From assembly GCA_041288095.1 (NCBI GenBank), contig JBGGMJ010000069.1, positions 1 through 25,414 on the forward strand: a stretch of DNA of 25,414 nucleotides. Direction: 5' to 3'. A model generated the notes under the pieces. The model searched no databases. It was given only the letters and a program-made list of their open reading frames with translations, and had not been told where the DNA came from. Both the position numbers and the translations under genes were made by a program. The stretch's first letter is position 1. Every line of letters begins with the position of its first letter. This stretch comes from Myxococcota bacterium (GTDB lineage Bacteria; Myxococcota; XYA12-FULL-58-9; JALHOP01). Shown here in pieces: positions 1 to 9,124 of the stretch.

Positions 1-351
1 CATCGGCTTCACCGCCGAGAGCTCGTCCTTGATGAGGTTCAAGTGGTCGGGGGTGAGGACCTTCGCGTCCATCGCCGACTCGTAGGCGTTAGCGGGGAAG
101 AGGTCCCAGCCGCCGAAGACGACGTTGTCCAGGTTCGCGAGCGAGATGAAATCCTTGATCAGCGGCGACCGATTGTCGGTGCGCTTACCGAGGCGGATGC
201 TGCCCATCTGCGTCAGCGAGCCGAAGGGCTTGCTGTGCCCCTTACGGACCAGCATGGCGCCGGCGATGATGGTGGTGCCGACAGCTCCCATACCGGGGAG
301 CAAAATGCCGAGCTTGCCGCTCGCTGGCTTGATCGCAGTGGGTTTCTTCAT
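1..351 (-). CDS. ino1: myo-inositol-1-phosphate (inositol-3-phosphate) synthase, 5' part (runs off the window)
   Basis: Not in the ORF track because it is truncated. Manual translation from the ATG at 351: MKKPTAIKPASGKLGILLPGMGAVGTTIIAGAMLVRKGHSKPFGSLTQMGSIRLGKRTDNRSPLIKDFISLANLDNVVFGGWDLFPANAYESA. It shows the Rossmann GxGxxG and the GSLTQ and FGGWD motifs typical of MIPS. GAGGA Shine-Dalgarno upstream. Confidence 0.92.
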   Translation of the reverse strand, partial: MKKPTAIKPASGKLGILLPGMGAVGTTIIAGAMLVRKGHSKPFGSLTQMGSIRLGKRTDNRSPLIKDFISLANLDNVVFGGWDLFPANAYESAMDAKVLTPDHLNLIKDELSAVKPM

Positions 352-371
352 TGGGGTGTCCTCGTTAAGGC

Positions 372-405
372 GGGCGCGTCATACCAAAACGCGCCCAAAC
401 CGCAA
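372..405 (-). promoter_or_regulatory. Possible sigma70-type promoter of ino1 overlapped by an 8-bp inverted repeat
   Basis: Minus strand reads TTGCGG-N16-TATGAC with a TG extended -10. The inverted repeat GGGCGCGT (372-379) / ACGCGCCC (389-396) straddles the -10 and could alternatively be a hairpin ending the TBDR transcript. Confidence 0.35.
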
Positions 406-437
406 GAGTCGCGGTCCGGCGAAGGATCTGCCGTGGG

Positions 438-2597
438 CTAGTGCGAAAGGGTCAAAGTGGCCATGAGGACGCGACCCAAAGCGGGGATATTCACGCCAAA
501 GGCCCCGGGCTCCGCGTACTGCGTGTTCAAGATGTTCTGAGCCAGCAGGCCGACGTCGACGCCCCAGTCCCCGACCGAGAGCTCGAGGGTGCGGATGTTC
601 GCGTCGAGGGTCATGTACTTCGCGACCAGACCAGCCGGCAGGTTGGTCGCCGGGTCGCTGAAAAAGGAGCGGCGCGCGCCGGCGCCGTGCGCGGTCAGCG
701 TGGCCTGCAGGTGGTACTGCGGCAACGTCGCGCCGACGGTGAGGTGGCCCTGCAGCTTCGGATAGCTCGGGAGGCGCCCGTCATTCTCGCCATAAATCAG
801 CGTGAAAAACGACGGCAGCGGATCCGGACCTTGCACCTTGCTGTGCTGGAACGACGCGTTGCCCTGCACGAAGAAGGGCGCCATGCGCAGCTCGCCGACC
901 AGCTCGCCGCCATAGGTCGTGCTCTGCGACAAATTGCGCGCTGTCTGCAATAGCGAAATGCGCACGTATTCGATGCGGTCGTCGACCACGGTGCGGAAGA
1001 CGTTGAGCTGGACGCTGAACAGCTCGGGCGCGGTGTAGGTGAGGGCCGCCTCGATGGTCGCCGCGGTCTGCGGCTTGAGGTCGGGGTTACCTTGCACGCC
1101 GCGGTTCGACACCGGCTGCGCGAAGAGCTGTGTCGGGGAAGGAGGCACGTACGAGGTCCCGTACAAGAGCTTGGCGGTGAGGTGCGGGATGACCTCGTAC
1201 GCCGACGCGAGGCGTACGCTAACGCGGTCATCCCACGCTTCGTTGTGGTCGTAGCGCACGTTGCCGGTGAGGCCGAGCTTCTCGATCGGGTAGATGACCG
1301 CTTGAGCGTACGTGCCCAGGTTGCCGTAACGGAAGCGGCGGCCGAGGGCACGCAAGGTCTTGTCGCCGACGTTGCCGCTGCCGTCGAGCTGCACGTCGTG
1401 GAGTGTGTCACCGCGGTCGAGGACGTCGAGATATTGAATGCCGACTAGGCCCAGGTGCGGCCCGAAAGCGTACGAAGCTTCGGTGCCGACGTCGTACGCC
1501 GACGAGCTGCGCCGGCGCTCGACGAATGAATCGGGCAAACCGACGTCGAGTCGCTCGGAGGCGAGGTTGCCGCCGTAATTGAGGGCCCCGTGCGTCTCGA
1601 GCAGGAGTCGGCCGCCGCGGATCTCCGCGCCGATCTTGTGATTGAGGCGCGTCAGCGTGTTCGCCATGCCGACGGTGGCGCCGTGGGTGAGGATACCATC
1701 GGCCGCGAACTCGGCCCCGTAGTCGACGCGTTGATGAGAGGCGAGAAACTGCAAGGTGCCGGCTTGCCCCAAGCCGAGGTCGCCGCTCGCAAACAACGAG
1801 ACAGGGCGCGCGATGTCGTTGCGGCTCTTCATGTCGCGGTATTGATTGATCAGCGGCGAAGACGGAGGCGCCGCGAGACCGGATCGGTCGATGTGCCAAG
1901 TCGAGGCCGCGAGCGTCAGGCGCGACGCCTTGCTCGTCCCGACGCCGCCGCTGACGTTGGCGAACGCCTGGGCGCCGTATAGGCCGCGATCGCGGACAAG
2001 GCCGCCGCTGCCCGAGGCGCTCACCAGATTTTCCGTCGGCTTGCGGGTGATGACGTTCACCACCGCCAAGAAGGCGTTGGCGCCATAAAGCGCGGAGCCC
2101 GGACCACGGATGATCTCGATCGCCTCGACCGCCTCCATCGGTATGAACTCGGGGCCCAAGAAGTTGCCGGCGAGCGTGTAAAAGGTCGCGGCCTGTCCGT
2201 CGATCATCACCTTGATGATGCGGCTCCACGAGTCGGGCCCGCCGGAGATGCCGCGCACACCGACGTTGCTCGCCACCAAGTCGTCGATGACGTAGAGACC
2301 CGGAACCGCTTTGAGCGCATCGGCGATCGACCGGTAGCCACGCGCCTGGATGACCGAGCGCGGTACCACCGTGATGATCGAGGGCGCCTCTGCTTGCGCT
2401 ACCTCGGATTTGGTCGCGGTGGTGACCACGAACTCGGACTCGAGCAGCTGGTAGAGGTCGCCGAGCTCGTCACCTGCCTGCGCTGTCGGATCGATCTCGT
2501 CGCTGAAGCTCGGCAGCGGAGCGTTATCCTGGGCGGACGCCGGTCGTCCGAGCGCTACGCCCAGCACGACCGACATCGCTGCCCAGGAATGCTTCAA
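438..2597 (-). CDS. TonB-dependent outer-membrane receptor (plug + beta-barrel)
   Basis: Signal peptide (..RPASA/QD), plug motifs VVTTATK..APSIITVV..GYRSIADALKAVPG and IEIIRGPGSALYGANAFLAVVNVIT, GNPDLKP, and C-terminal NILN..Y...GR. The TTG start overlaps the upstream stop (TTGA, 2594-2597). Confidence 0.92.
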   Translation of the reverse strand: MKHSWAAMSVVLGVALGRPASAQDNAPLPSFSDEIDPTAQAGDELGDLYQLLESEFVVTTATKSEVAQAEAPSIITVVPRSVIQARGYRSIADALKAVPGLYVIDDLVASNVGVRGISGGPDSWSRIIKVMIDGQAATFYTLAGNFLGPEFIPMEAVEAIEIIRGPGSALYGANAFLAVVNVITRKPTENLVSASGSGGLVRDRGLYGAQAFANVSGGVGTSKASRLTLAASTWHIDRSGLAAPPSSPLINQYRDMKSRNDIARPVSLFASGDLGLGQAGTLQFLASHQRVDYGAEFAADGILTHGATVGMANTLTRLNHKIGAEIRGGRLLLETHGALNYGGNLASERLDVGLPDSFVERRRSSSAYDVGTEASYAFGPHLGLVGIQYLDVLDRGDTLHDVQLDGSGNVGDKTLRALGRRFRYGNLGTYAQAVIYPIEKLGLTGNVRYDHNEAWDDRVSVRLASAYEVIPHLTAKLLYGTSYVPPSPTQLFAQPVSNRGVQGNPDLKPQTAATIEAALTYTAPELFSVQLNVFRTVVDDRIEYVRISLLQTARNLSQSTTYGGELVGELRMAPFFVQGNASFQHSKVQGPDPLPSFFTLIYGENDGRLPSYPKLQGHLTVGATLPQYHLQATLTAHGAGARRSFFSDPATNLPAGLVAKYMTLDANIRTLELSVGDWGVDVGLLAQNILNTQYAEPGAFGVNIPALGRVLMATLTLSH

Positions 2598-3850
2598 AAG
2601 TCGACGCCGGATTCCATCACGCGCAAGGTATCGAGCTGACCACTCGCATTGAAGCGGCGCTCGGCGAGATTCGACGGGAAGTCGCCGTTCTCGTCGTATT
2701 CGATCTCGGCTGTCAGACCCTCGAAATCGAGGTCTCCGCCATCGCGGACGATTTCCAGGGCGCGAGCAAACTCGACGGCCCCCGTTACCTGCTCGCCCGG
2801 TCCGTTGGCGATGAGCCGCAGCGCATCGCGAGCCTTGGTACCGTCGTATTCACCGGCCTTCTCGATGGCGAGAGCTGCCATGTAGACGGTGTTGACGATC
2901 GAGTTGAGCAGGTTGACGTTGGCGCCGGTCACCGTCGTGCCGCTGAAGGCCGTGAAGGCGTCGACGACCACCGCTTGTTGGGTGGGATCCGCGGGAACCG
3001 CACCGTAGGCGTAGACACCGTTCATCTTGGCGGCGCCGACGGCGGCGGCGAGCTCGGGGGTGCCGAGGATGACGCCGACGGTCAAGCGACCATCCCAGTC
3101 GGCTTTGTTCCAGGTGGTGAGCAAGGCAACCGCATCGGCGGCCGCGGCGTACAAGAAGATCACGTCCGGGTCGCTGGCGAACACCGCGTCGAGTTGCGCC
3201 TGAGCATTGAAGGTGCCGGGATTGGTGGAGTCGAAGGTGTAGGCGTGATTGACGGTCATCGTCCCGCCCTTGGCCGCGAAGGTCGACAAGAAGATTTCGC
3301 TCTGCTCGTTACCAGTCGCGAAGTTCAAGTGCAGCGCGGCCGCGGTGCGGGCGCCGGCGTCGTAGGCCGCGGCGGCGGCCCCGATGGCGCTGATGTAGGG
3401 CGATTCGAGACCGCGAAAGGCGAAGTCGTCGTCGTTGACGCTCGAGAGGGCCGCGGCGCCGGCGATCGGCGTAATCATCAGGCGCTGGTTGGCGCCGGCG
3501 ATCGGCGCGGCGGCAATGGCGGTATCGCTCAACCACGGCCCGATCCAGACTTGCGTGCCGTTGTCGACCAGGGTGTTGGCGACATCGGTGATGGGTTGGA
3601 CGCCATTGGTGCCCGAGGCCTCGTCATACTCGTCGAACACTAGGTCGTTGCCGAGGACGCCGCCGGCTTCATTGATCGTCTGCGCGCTGAACGCCACGGC
3701 GCTGTTTGCCAGCGGGTACAGGGTGGCGAACGTGCCCGTTTTCGGAACGATCGAAGCCAGGTGGAGCTCACCGCGCTCCTTTTTGTCGTCGCCACCGCAG
3801 GCCGCGATGGCGCACATGAGCACTGGAACCACGAAAGTTTTGGGCATCAT
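2594..3850 (-). CDS. Lipoprotein, type-I periplasmic binding protein (branched-chain amino acid/LivJ-like family), paralog B
   Basis: Lipobox IAAC, INEAGGVLG motif, IGPWLSD, DDDFAFR, and C-terminal DFEGLTAEIEYDENGD. 418 aa. Confidence 0.88.
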   Translation of the reverse strand: MMPKTFVVPVLMCAIAACGGDDKKERGELHLASIVPKTGTFATLYPLANSAVAFSAQTINEAGGVLGNDLVFDEYDEASGTNGVQPITDVANTLVDNGTQVWIGPWLSDTAIAAAPIAGANQRLMITPIAGAAALSSVNDDDFAFRGLESPYISAIGAAAAAYDAGARTAAALHLNFATGNEQSEIFLSTFAAKGGTMTVNHAYTFDSTNPGTFNAQAQLDAVFASDPDVIFLYAAAADAVALLTTWNKADWDGRLTVGVILGTPELAAAVGAAKMNGVYAYGAVPADPTQQAVVVDAFTAFSGTTVTGANVNLLNSIVNTVYMAALAIEKAGEYDGTKARDALRLIANGPGEQVTGAVEFARALEIVRDGGDLDFEGLTAEIEYDENGDFPSNLAERRFNASGQLDTLRVMESGVDF

Positions 3851-3886
3851 TGGAAATTCTCTCCGGGAACGAAGACAGACACACTA

Positions 3887-5143
3887 TTAGAAGTCGGCGC
3901 CTGGAACCAGCACGCGAACGACGTCGAGGCCACCGTTGGCGTTGAAACGACGCTCGCTGATGTTGCCGACGAAGTCGCCGCGTGCATCGAGCTCCAAGGG
4001 GGCCGACAGGCCAACGAAGTCGAGGTCTCCGCCTGAGCGGACGATGTCGACTGCTCGGCGATAGTCGACCGCCCCCATCACCGGCTCACCCGGAGCATTC
4101 GCGACTTCGCGCAAGACATCGCGGATCGCGGTGCCGTCGTTGACGCCCGCTCTCTCGATGGCGAGGGCGGCGAGGATAGTCGATTGCAAGGTCGAGTTGA
4201 CCACGGTCGTATTGACGTCGCCGAGGTCGAAGCCGTTCAATTCCTGGAACGCGCTGTTGATGGTCACCTGGTCGGCGGGAGCCGGCGCCGCGGCGGTGTA
4301 CGTGAGGGCATCAGCGATCTTGGGTCCGCCGACGGCGGCGGCGATGTCGGACGACGCGAGCACCGCGCCCAGGATCCACTGACCAGCCCAGTCCATCTTG
4401 TCCCAGGCGGTGAGCACCGCGACGGCGTCGGTCGGCGTACCGTAGAGAAAGATGACGTCGGGATTGCCGGCGAACACCGCGTCGAGGTGCGCCTGAGCCA
4501 CGAACGCGCTGGGGTTCGCGGTGTCGTAGTCGTATCCATGATTGACGAGCACAGTGCCACCGGCGGCGACGAACGTGTTGGCGAACGTATTGGCCTGGTC
4601 GGTAGAGACCGCGTTGTTCAAGTGCAAGACGGACGCCGTGGTGTGGCCGCCGGCATAGGCGACGCGGGCCGAGGCCACCGCCGCGGTGCTGACGACCTGG
4701 ATACCGCGAAAGACGAAGTCGTCGTCCGCGAGCGCGGACAGCTGCGAGGCGCCAGCGCTCGGCGCGATCAACAAGCGTTGGTTCGCGGCCGCGATGGGCG
4801 CCGCGGCGAGGGCGCTGTCGCTGGCTTGTGGTCCGACCCACACCTGGACACCCTGTGAGACGAGGTCGTTCGCGACGTCGGTGATCGGCACGACACCATT
4901 GGTGCCGGCGGCTTCGTCGCGCTCGTCGAACACCAGCTCCATCCCAAGAACGCCGCCTGCGTCATTGATCCATTTTTGCGCGAGACGCGCGCCACCTTCG
5001 AGCGTCTGATAGGCGCTCGAGAAGGCGCCGCTCTTGGGGAGAATCATGGCGATCGTGAGCTGACCGCGGGGAGCCTCGGTCTCGGTGCTTCCGCACGCCG
5101 CGATGGAGGAGAGTAGCAGTGCTGCAAGGAGGCCTTCGCGCAT
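3887..5143 (-). CDS. Lipoprotein, type-I periplasmic binding protein (LivJ-like family), paralog A
   Basis: The true start is the ATG at 5143 (MREGLLAALLLSSIAAC; alternative ATG 5152), not 5560. Lipobox IAAC, INDAGGVLG, DDDFVFR, DFVGLSAPLELDARGD. Collinear with paralog B and also 418 aa from 5143. Confidence 0.87.
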   Translation of the reverse strand: MREGLLAALLLSSIAACGSTETEAPRGQLTIAMILPKSGAFSSAYQTLEGGARLAQKWINDAGGVLGMELVFDERDEAAGTNGVVPITDVANDLVSQGVQVWVGPQASDSALAAAPIAAANQRLLIAPSAGASQLSALADDDFVFRGIQVVSTAAVASARVAYAGGHTTASVLHLNNAVSTDQANTFANTFVAAGGTVLVNHGYDYDTANPSAFVAQAHLDAVFAGNPDVIFLYGTPTDAVAVLTAWDKMDWAGQWILGAVLASSDIAAAVGGPKIADALTYTAAAPAPADQVTINSAFQELNGFDLGDVNTTVVNSTLQSTILAALAIERAGVNDGTAIRDVLREVANAPGEPVMGAVDYRRAVDIVRSGGDLDFVGLSAPLELDARGDFVGNISERRFNANGGLDVVRVLVPGADF

Positions 5144-5218
5144 GACATCCATTGCGGCACATTTTCGCGTCTGCCGTAGCAGTCGCGCAAGCCAATGTGG
5201 TAGTGGCCGCCGACGACC

Positions 5219-6058
5219 ATGCGCGCCGCCCGACACGCATTTGCGTACATCAGCCGCGGCGCCGCCTTGATCGCGCTCGCCCTCGTCGCGGCCGGCCCTT
5301 CGCCCGTGGCGGCGCAGGAGAACGGCGCGGGCCGCATCGTTTACTTCGACCCCGACGCGAACCACCAAGCCATCGTCAACATCGCGACGTGGTTCACCGA
5401 CTACTTGGCGAGCGCCTCCGTCGAGCTGGTTTTCCAGGCTGTCGAGAGCCGCGAGGCTTTCGAGCGTCTCCTCGCGGACCCCAAGACCCGTTTTGCCCTC
5501 GTGTCGTCGAGCTATGTCGCGACCGCGGACGCCAGGCTCGACCCGATCTTGGTCCCTCAAGTCGGAGGTGATCCGTTCTATTACAAGGTGCTCATCGACG
5601 TCGGCACCGGTGACGGACGCGAGCTGTCCGGAAAGAACCTTGCGGCTAGCGTCATCGCCAAGCCTGGCAGCAGCAATTTCAAGGAGCTGCTACAAGGACT
5701 AGCGGCCGGGGGTGTCCGCGTCGACGGAGTGCACGTCATCCCGGTAGCCAAGGACATCGACGCGCTGCTTGCGCTCTCGTTCGGCCAGGTCCAAGCCGCG
5801 CTGGTCACTCCCGAGAGCGTCGAGGTCTTGAAACGCATCAACCCCGGTGTGGCCGCCAAGTTTCGCGCCGTCTACCGGACCAGTCCGATTTTGCGGGCAC
5901 CGATGTGCGAAGTCGGTAAAAAGTCCAGCGCGCGAGAGCGCGCCAACTTGGTGAGTGCGCTACAGCGGATGTCGCAGAGCGATGACGGACGCAAGGCGAT
6001 GCGCACCATGGGCTTCGAGGGCTGGCTGCCCTTCCAACCGGAGATGCTGAAGCGATGA
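5219..6058 (+). CDS. Periplasmic type-II binding protein, PhnD/phosphonate-binding-like
   Basis: Signal peptide (..PVAA/QE), ELSGKNLA, DALLALSFGQVQAALV, and the C-terminal MSQSDDGRKAMRTMGFEGW pattern typical of PhnD-like proteins. Ligand not determinable. Confidence 0.72.
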   Translation: MRAARHAFAYISRGAALIALALVAAGPSPVAAQENGAGRIVYFDPDANHQAIVNIATWFTDYLASASVELVFQAVESREAFERLLADPKTRFALVSSSYVATADARLDPILVPQVGGDPFYYKVLIDVGTGDGRELSGKNLAASVIAKPGSSNFKELLQGLAAGGVRVDGVHVIPVAKDIDALLALSFGQVQAALVTPESVEVLKRINPGVAAKFRAVYRTSPILRAPMCEVGKKSSARERANLVSALQRMSQSDDGRKAMRTMGFEGWLPFQPEMLKR

Positions 6059-7038
6059 TGCGCATAGCGATCGTCATCATCGCCCTGGTCACGGGGTGTG
6101 TCGCGCCACGGGTGATCACGCCGGTGGCCCAAGGTCGCGCCGATCAGCCGCCGGTCGTGGTGATCCTGACGAGCTCGAACAACCGGCTCTACGAGGCGCC
6201 GATCACCGCCTTCCAAAGCCAGCTCGAAGGGGAGGCGACGGTTTACGCCGAGACCGTGACCGACCCGCGCGGCTTGGCCGAAGCCCTCCAAGTGGTGAAG
6301 CCGAGCTTGATCTTCGCGCTAGGCACGCAGGCAGCGATCTTCGCGCGACAGAAATTCCCCGAGGTGCCGCTGCTGTTCGCCATGGTGGTCAACCACCGGC
6401 GCTTGAAGGAGCTCCAGGCGCCGCAGGTCATGGGCGTCGCGCTCGAAGTGCCACCGGCTTCGGAGTTCACCCAGTTCAAGCTCGCGATGCCGAGCATGAA
6501 TCGTGTCCTCGTCTTGCACGCTACCGAGAACACTTCCGACGTCGTCGCCGGCGCCACCGAAGCGGCACGCAGCCTCGGCATCACGCTGGTCGCGGCGCCG
6601 GTACGCGACCTGGCCGAGCTGAAGACGCAGTACGCCCGCTATAGCAAACAAGTGGACGCCGTCTGGCTGCTCAACGATCCCGTGGTCATGAACCCGGCGG
6701 CCTTCGGCTGGCTGCGCGACGCCTCGTATCGCGACCGCGTGGCCCTGATTTCCTCGCTCTCCGACAAATTCGCCCGCGCCGGCGCCTTGATGTCCGTTTC
6801 CGTGGACTTAGGTTCCCTCGGTTTCCAGGCGAGCGCCATGGCGATGGGCGTTTTCAAGCAGCAACAAAGCCCCAGTGAAATCGGCATACAGCCGCCCATC
6901 GGCGCGCGTCTCGTCCTCAACATGGTGGTGGCACAGAAGCTCGGGCTGCAGGTCCCCGAGGAGGTGCTACCATTCATCAGCGAGGTCATCGTCTCCGAGG
7001 GTCCGGCGACACCACGCCCCGATGCCAACGATCGCTAG
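6055..7038 (+). CDS. Lipoprotein, ABC_sub_bind-like substrate-binding protein
   Basis: Lipobox VTGC, LIFALGTQAA, VPLLFAMV, VDAVWLLNDP, GALMSV, LVLNMVVAQKLGLQVP (the N..TA..LG..IP signature of this family). ATGA overlap with the upstream gene. Confidence 0.82.
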   Translation: MMRIAIVIIALVTGCVAPRVITPVAQGRADQPPVVVILTSSNNRLYEAPITAFQSQLEGEATVYAETVTDPRGLAEALQVVKPSLIFALGTQAAIFARQKFPEVPLLFAMVVNHRRLKELQAPQVMGVALEVPPASEFTQFKLAMPSMNRVLVLHATENTSDVVAGATEAARSLGITLVAAPVRDLAELKTQYARYSKQVDAVWLLNDPVVMNPAAFGWLRDASYRDRVALISSLSDKFARAGALMSVSVDLGSLGFQASAMAMGVFKQQQSPSEIGIQPPIGARLVLNMVVAQKLGLQVPEEVLPFISEVIVSEGPATPRPDANDR

Positions 7039-9124
7039 TCCCAACAGCCTCCGCTTCAAGCTCGTGCTGATGGTCATCAGCCTCGTCGTCGTGGTGGTCG
7101 CGCTCATCAGCGCCTACTTCCTGGTCAAACACCAAGGCGACCTGCGCGAAGCCATGGCGTCGCGCACCCAGGCGATGAAGACCGAGGTCGGCAAGAAGGG
7201 CATCGCCCTCGCAGGCAACGTCGCCATGGCGTCCGAGCGGGCCATCGCGGTGCTCGACTACCTCTTCCTCACCGAGGTCCTCACGACCACGATGAAGAAC
7301 GACGACGGCGTGCTCTACGGCATCGTCATGGACAACGAGCGGCGGGCCTTGGTGCATACCGACCCGGCGCTCGCCGGCACCATCCTCGACGCCGACAAGG
7401 ACAAGAGCGCGGCCGCCGCGGGTGACGCGGTCGCCCTGGAGCACGAAAAGGACGGCCAGCACTACCTCGAAGCCGTGGCGCCGATTCACGTCGGGGGTAA
7501 GCGTTGGGGCACCATACGCCTCGGCATGTCGCTCGAGCGCGTCGAGGCGGAGATCGCGAGCTACGAGCGCGAGGGCCAGCGGCAGATCACCAACAGCATC
7601 GTCGCGGTGCTCCTCGTCGCTCTCCTCTTGATCATCGTGGCGTCGATTGTCGGCGCCACCGTCGCGACCCAGGTGGTGAAGCCGCTGCGACTCTTGCTCG
7701 CCGGCGTCAACCGCATCCGCGAAGGCAACTTCGACGTCTCGGTCGATGTGCGTGGCAGCGCCGAGTTCGTGAATCTCGCGGTCGGCTTCAACGCCATGCG
7801 CGAGACCATCCGCGAGCGCGATGCACGCCTGCGCCAGAACGTCGAAGACCTGCGCATCGCCTTCGAGAAGGCCGAAGAGGCCAGTCGTTTGAAGAGTCAG
7901 TTCCTCGCCAACATCTCGCACGAGCTGCGCACGCCGCTGAACGCCATCGTCAACGTGCCTGTGACCTTACTCTCCGAGTACTCCGTTTTCGCGGTCTGGA
8001 CATGTGCCGCCTGCGGCGGTGTTTTCCAGAGCGACGACCCCACGGGCAAGGAGACTCCCGAGGCGTGTCCGGACTGTGGCAAGCCGGCGCTGTCGCGCGG
8101 CGAGAAGGTCTTCTTGGTCGGTGATCCGGGGCAGCACCGGCATTTCTTGAATCGCTTGCGGCAGCAGGCGCGCCATCTCTTGAACGTGGTCAACGACCTG
8201 CTCGATTTCTCGAAGGTCGAGGCCAAGCGCATGCAGCTCAACCTCGCGGAGGTGGACGTGGCCGCGGTCCTGCGTGACCTTGCCGAGACGGTCGACGTGC
8301 TCGCCCACGAGAAGGGCCTCGAGATCGTGTACACGTCCGAGCCGGGCGCGACCTTGGTGGCCGATCCGCTCCGCCTCACGCAGGTGCTCATGAACCTGGT
8401 CGGCAACGCCATCAAGTTCACCCCGAAGGGTGGGCGCATCGACGTGCGTGTCGAGCGCCAAGGCGACAAGCTGCGCTTCAGCGTCGCCGACAGCGGCATC
8501 GGTATCCCCAAGGACAAGCACGCCATCGTCTTCGAGAGCTTCCGTCAGGTCGACGGCAGTCATACGCGAGCGCACGGAGGCACCGGTCTCGGTCTCGCCA
8601 TCGCCAAACAGCTCGTCGAGATGCACAAGGGCCGCATGTGGCTCGAGAGCGAGGTCGGAAAAGGCAGCACCTTCGTTTTCGAGATCCCGGTGTCCGCCGA
8701 TGACGCCGTCGCCGATGACGATACGGTGTCGGCAAACGCGGACGCGGGCGGAGCGAAGGTGCGGGTCATGGTCATCGACGACAACGAGGTGCACCTGGAG
8801 GTGGCGCGCATCGTCCTCGAGAAGCGTGGCTTCGTGACCGAGCTGGTATCGAAGCCAGCGGAGGTCCTGGAGCGCGTGAAGGGTAGCCCGCCCGACCTCA
8901 TTATCCTCGACGTCATGATGCCGGAGGTCAGCGGCGTTGCTATCCTGAAGCGGTTGAAGGAGAACCCTGACACCGCCACCATCCCGGTGTTCGTCGCCTC
9001 TGCATACGATGCTCATCGGGAGCGGGTGGAGGAGCTGGGAGCGATTTGGTTACCCAAGCCATGGAACGCGCAGACCGTTGCACAGTTGTTCTCCACCGCA
9101 GTCTCTGAGATTGAGGCTTCGTAA
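7022..9124 (+). CDS. Membrane-bound hybrid sensor histidine kinase (TM-periplasmic sensor-TM-HAMP-HisKA with Cys4 insert-HATPase-REC)
   Basis: Likely start ATG 7022 (700 aa). Two hydrophobic helices, HAMP, H-box FLANISHELRTPLNAI, N-box NLVGNAIKFT, G1 DSGIGI, G2 GGTGLGLAI, and receiver VIDDN/LDVMMP/KP. Confidence 0.95.
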   Translation: MPTIASPNSLRFKLVLMVISLVVVVVALISAYFLVKHQGDLREAMASRTQAMKTEVGKKGIALAGNVAMASERAIAVLDYLFLTEVLTTTMKNDDGVLYGIVMDNERRALVHTDPALAGTILDADKDKSAAAAGDAVALEHEKDGQHYLEAVAPIHVGGKRWGTIRLGMSLERVEAEIASYEREGQRQITNSIVAVLLVALLLIIVASIVGATVATQVVKPLRLLLAGVNRIREGNFDVSVDVRGSAEFVNLAVGFNAMRETIRERDARLRQNVEDLRIAFEKAEEASRLKSQFLANISHELRTPLNAIVNVPVTLLSEYSVFAVWTCAACGGVFQSDDPTGKETPEACPDCGKPALSRGEKVFLVGDPGQHRHFLNRLRQQARHLLNVVNDLLDFSKVEAKRMQLNLAEVDVAAVLRDLAETVDVLAHEKGLEIVYTSEPGATLVADPLRLTQVLMNLVGNAIKFTPKGGRIDVRVERQGDKLRFSVADSGIGIPKDKHAIVFESFRQVDGSHTRAHGGTGLGLAIAKQLVEMHKGRMWLESEVGKGSTFVFEIPVSADDAVADDDTVSANADAGGAKVRVMVIDDNEVHLEVARIVLEKRGFVTELVSKPAEVLERVKGSPPDLIILDVMMPEVSGVAILKRLKENPDTATIPVFVASAYDAHRERVEELGAIWLPKPWNAQTVAQLFSTAVSEIEAS

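Noticed and set aside
5153-5560. 5' extension of the 557-aa ORF 3887..5560
   Set aside because: It overlaps the divergent gene at 5219 and buries the lipoprotein signal; the paralog supports a start at 5143/5152.
6875-7021. Upstream extension of the kinase ORF
   Set aside because: It lies inside the preceding gene and is low-complexity; ATG 7022 places TM1 at the normal N-terminal position.
2594-7038. A conventional ABC uptake operon
   Set aside because: No multi-pass permease or Walker A/B ATPase is encoded in either arm, although partners elsewhere in the genome cannot be excluded.
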